IMG/VR virus record: IMGVR_UViG_3300031450_000130
Span: 1 to 28,508 of that record
Origin: a virus
Taxonomy: Duplodnaviria; Caudoviricetes
DNA: 28,508 nt
Direction: 5' to 3' (one strand)
In this document: in pieces, positions 27,927-28,508 of the stretch
Layout of the letters: each line of letters begins with the position of its first letter
How positions within the stretch are numbered: position 1 is the stretch's first letter
Translations under genes and position numbers: made by a program
The notes under the pieces: generated by a model
What the model saw: the letters and a program-made list of their open reading frames with translations, nothing else
Told to the model about the DNA's origin: nothing
The model's database searches: none

Positions 27927-28371
27927 CAAATCCGCTTCCGCCGGCTAGCGAAAAGTCCAATCGCTGCCTTACCGCAGCATCGCCCTTCCATTGCCCGGCA
28001 TTCGTCAGCTTGAACACCGTCCCCTCGAACTGATACGTGCTCACGCTCCCATCCGTCTCGCTCACATACTGATACAGCGTGCTTCCCTGCAGCTCACCCG
28101 AACTATGCCAAGCCTGCTCCAGCGAATTGATGAAATCGTCCGCCGCCGAGTTGCCCCGGTCCAGCTCGAAATGTCCCTCCCACCCCTTCGGCAGTTCCGC
28201 CGCCAAGTGCACGCCATCCAGCCGGTCGATCCGGATCGGATGCGTCACCTGCCGGCTCTCGAACGACGTCACATGCGTCAGGTCCACCCGCCCGCCCTGG
28301 CCTCCGGCGCCCTTCGGCGCAATCACCACCAACTGGCAATCCCGCCCCGTTGAAAAAGTATTCGCAGGCAT
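27926..28371 (-). CDS. Tail tube protein (one-base loss near the C-terminus)
   Basis: GGAG RBS, MPANTFSTGRD..LP.GW.G.F..DR..YQY..E.DGS.STYQF. Adding one T to the T4 run at 27951-27954 gives LDFFASRRKRI* with TGATG coupling to the chaperone (~148 aa). Confidence 0.72.
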
Positions 28372-28382
28372 CGTTCCGCTCC

Positions 28383-28508
28383 GTAACCGGGGCAGATTCC
28401 CGGGCGAGGTAGTTGCGCTGAGGGCGCTGGCGTGATTCACAGCCGACATGACGTTGCCGGATGCATCATCGCTGGAGGCATTCTCGCTTGCCGAGCTGCG
28501 GGAGGTCG
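28383..28508 (+). mobile_element. Putative IS end (IS66/ISBst12-like) with a transposase start at 28448
   Basis: Begins GTAACCGGGGCAGATTCCCGGGCG (GTAA terminus). The + strand ORF MTLPDASSLEAFSLAELREV runs off the window where a sheath gene end would be expected. Confidence 0.4.

Larger units (their letters stand above)
9026..28371 (-). mobile_element. Phage-derived contractile-tail and lysis module (defective prophage, tailocin or GTA-like element)
   Basis: About 25 co-oriented genes, many with overlapping start/stop codons: tube, chaperone, tape measure, hub, spike, wedge, fibres, endolysin, holin. No head, integrase or att site seen in the window. Confidence 0.85.

Noticed and set aside
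9026-28371. Assignment as T6SS or canonical eCIS (Afp/PVC)
   Set aside because: No TssJLM/ClpV, Afp15-type ATPase or DUF4157 gene is recognisable in the window; gene order and the G/GT frameshift are phage-tail-like.
9105-28435. Long + strand ORFs (e.g. 11368-12342, 20315-21628, 23777-24559)
   Set aside because: They are Arg/Pro-rich antisense shadows of recognisable minus-strand genes in high-GC DNA.

Overview
High-GC alphaproteobacterial DNA (Acetobacteraceae-like, inferred from gene content and style; no search was run). It appears to start and end in IS ends, as a contig broken at repeats would. Left part (1-9.0 kb): start of an IS701-like transposase abutting a double-hairpin palindromic element, a Phd/VapC toxin-antitoxin pair, a histidine phosphatase plus frameshifted NAD(P)HX dehydratase behind an EcfG-type promoter, lptD-surA-rsmA without pdxA, and a degenerate GGDEF-EAL protein. 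Right part (9.0-28.4 kb, all minus strand): one contractile-tail module with tube, chaperone with a canonical -1 frameshift signal, a very short low-complexity tape measure, hub, spike, wedge, three fibre/spike proteins and lysis genes. No head, terminase, integrase or sheath gene lies inside the window. The most notable feature is a lower-GC polymorphic toxin/immunity array (Ntox33-like + DUF4279-like, Ntox24-like + partner, one orphan) between the chaperone and tape-measure genes, with the lead toxin's start codon overlapping the stop of the frameshifted chaperone. This suggests a tail-associated toxin-delivery system. This copy carries six reading-frame lesions and looks decayed. All family names are by motif recognition from memory, not database hits.
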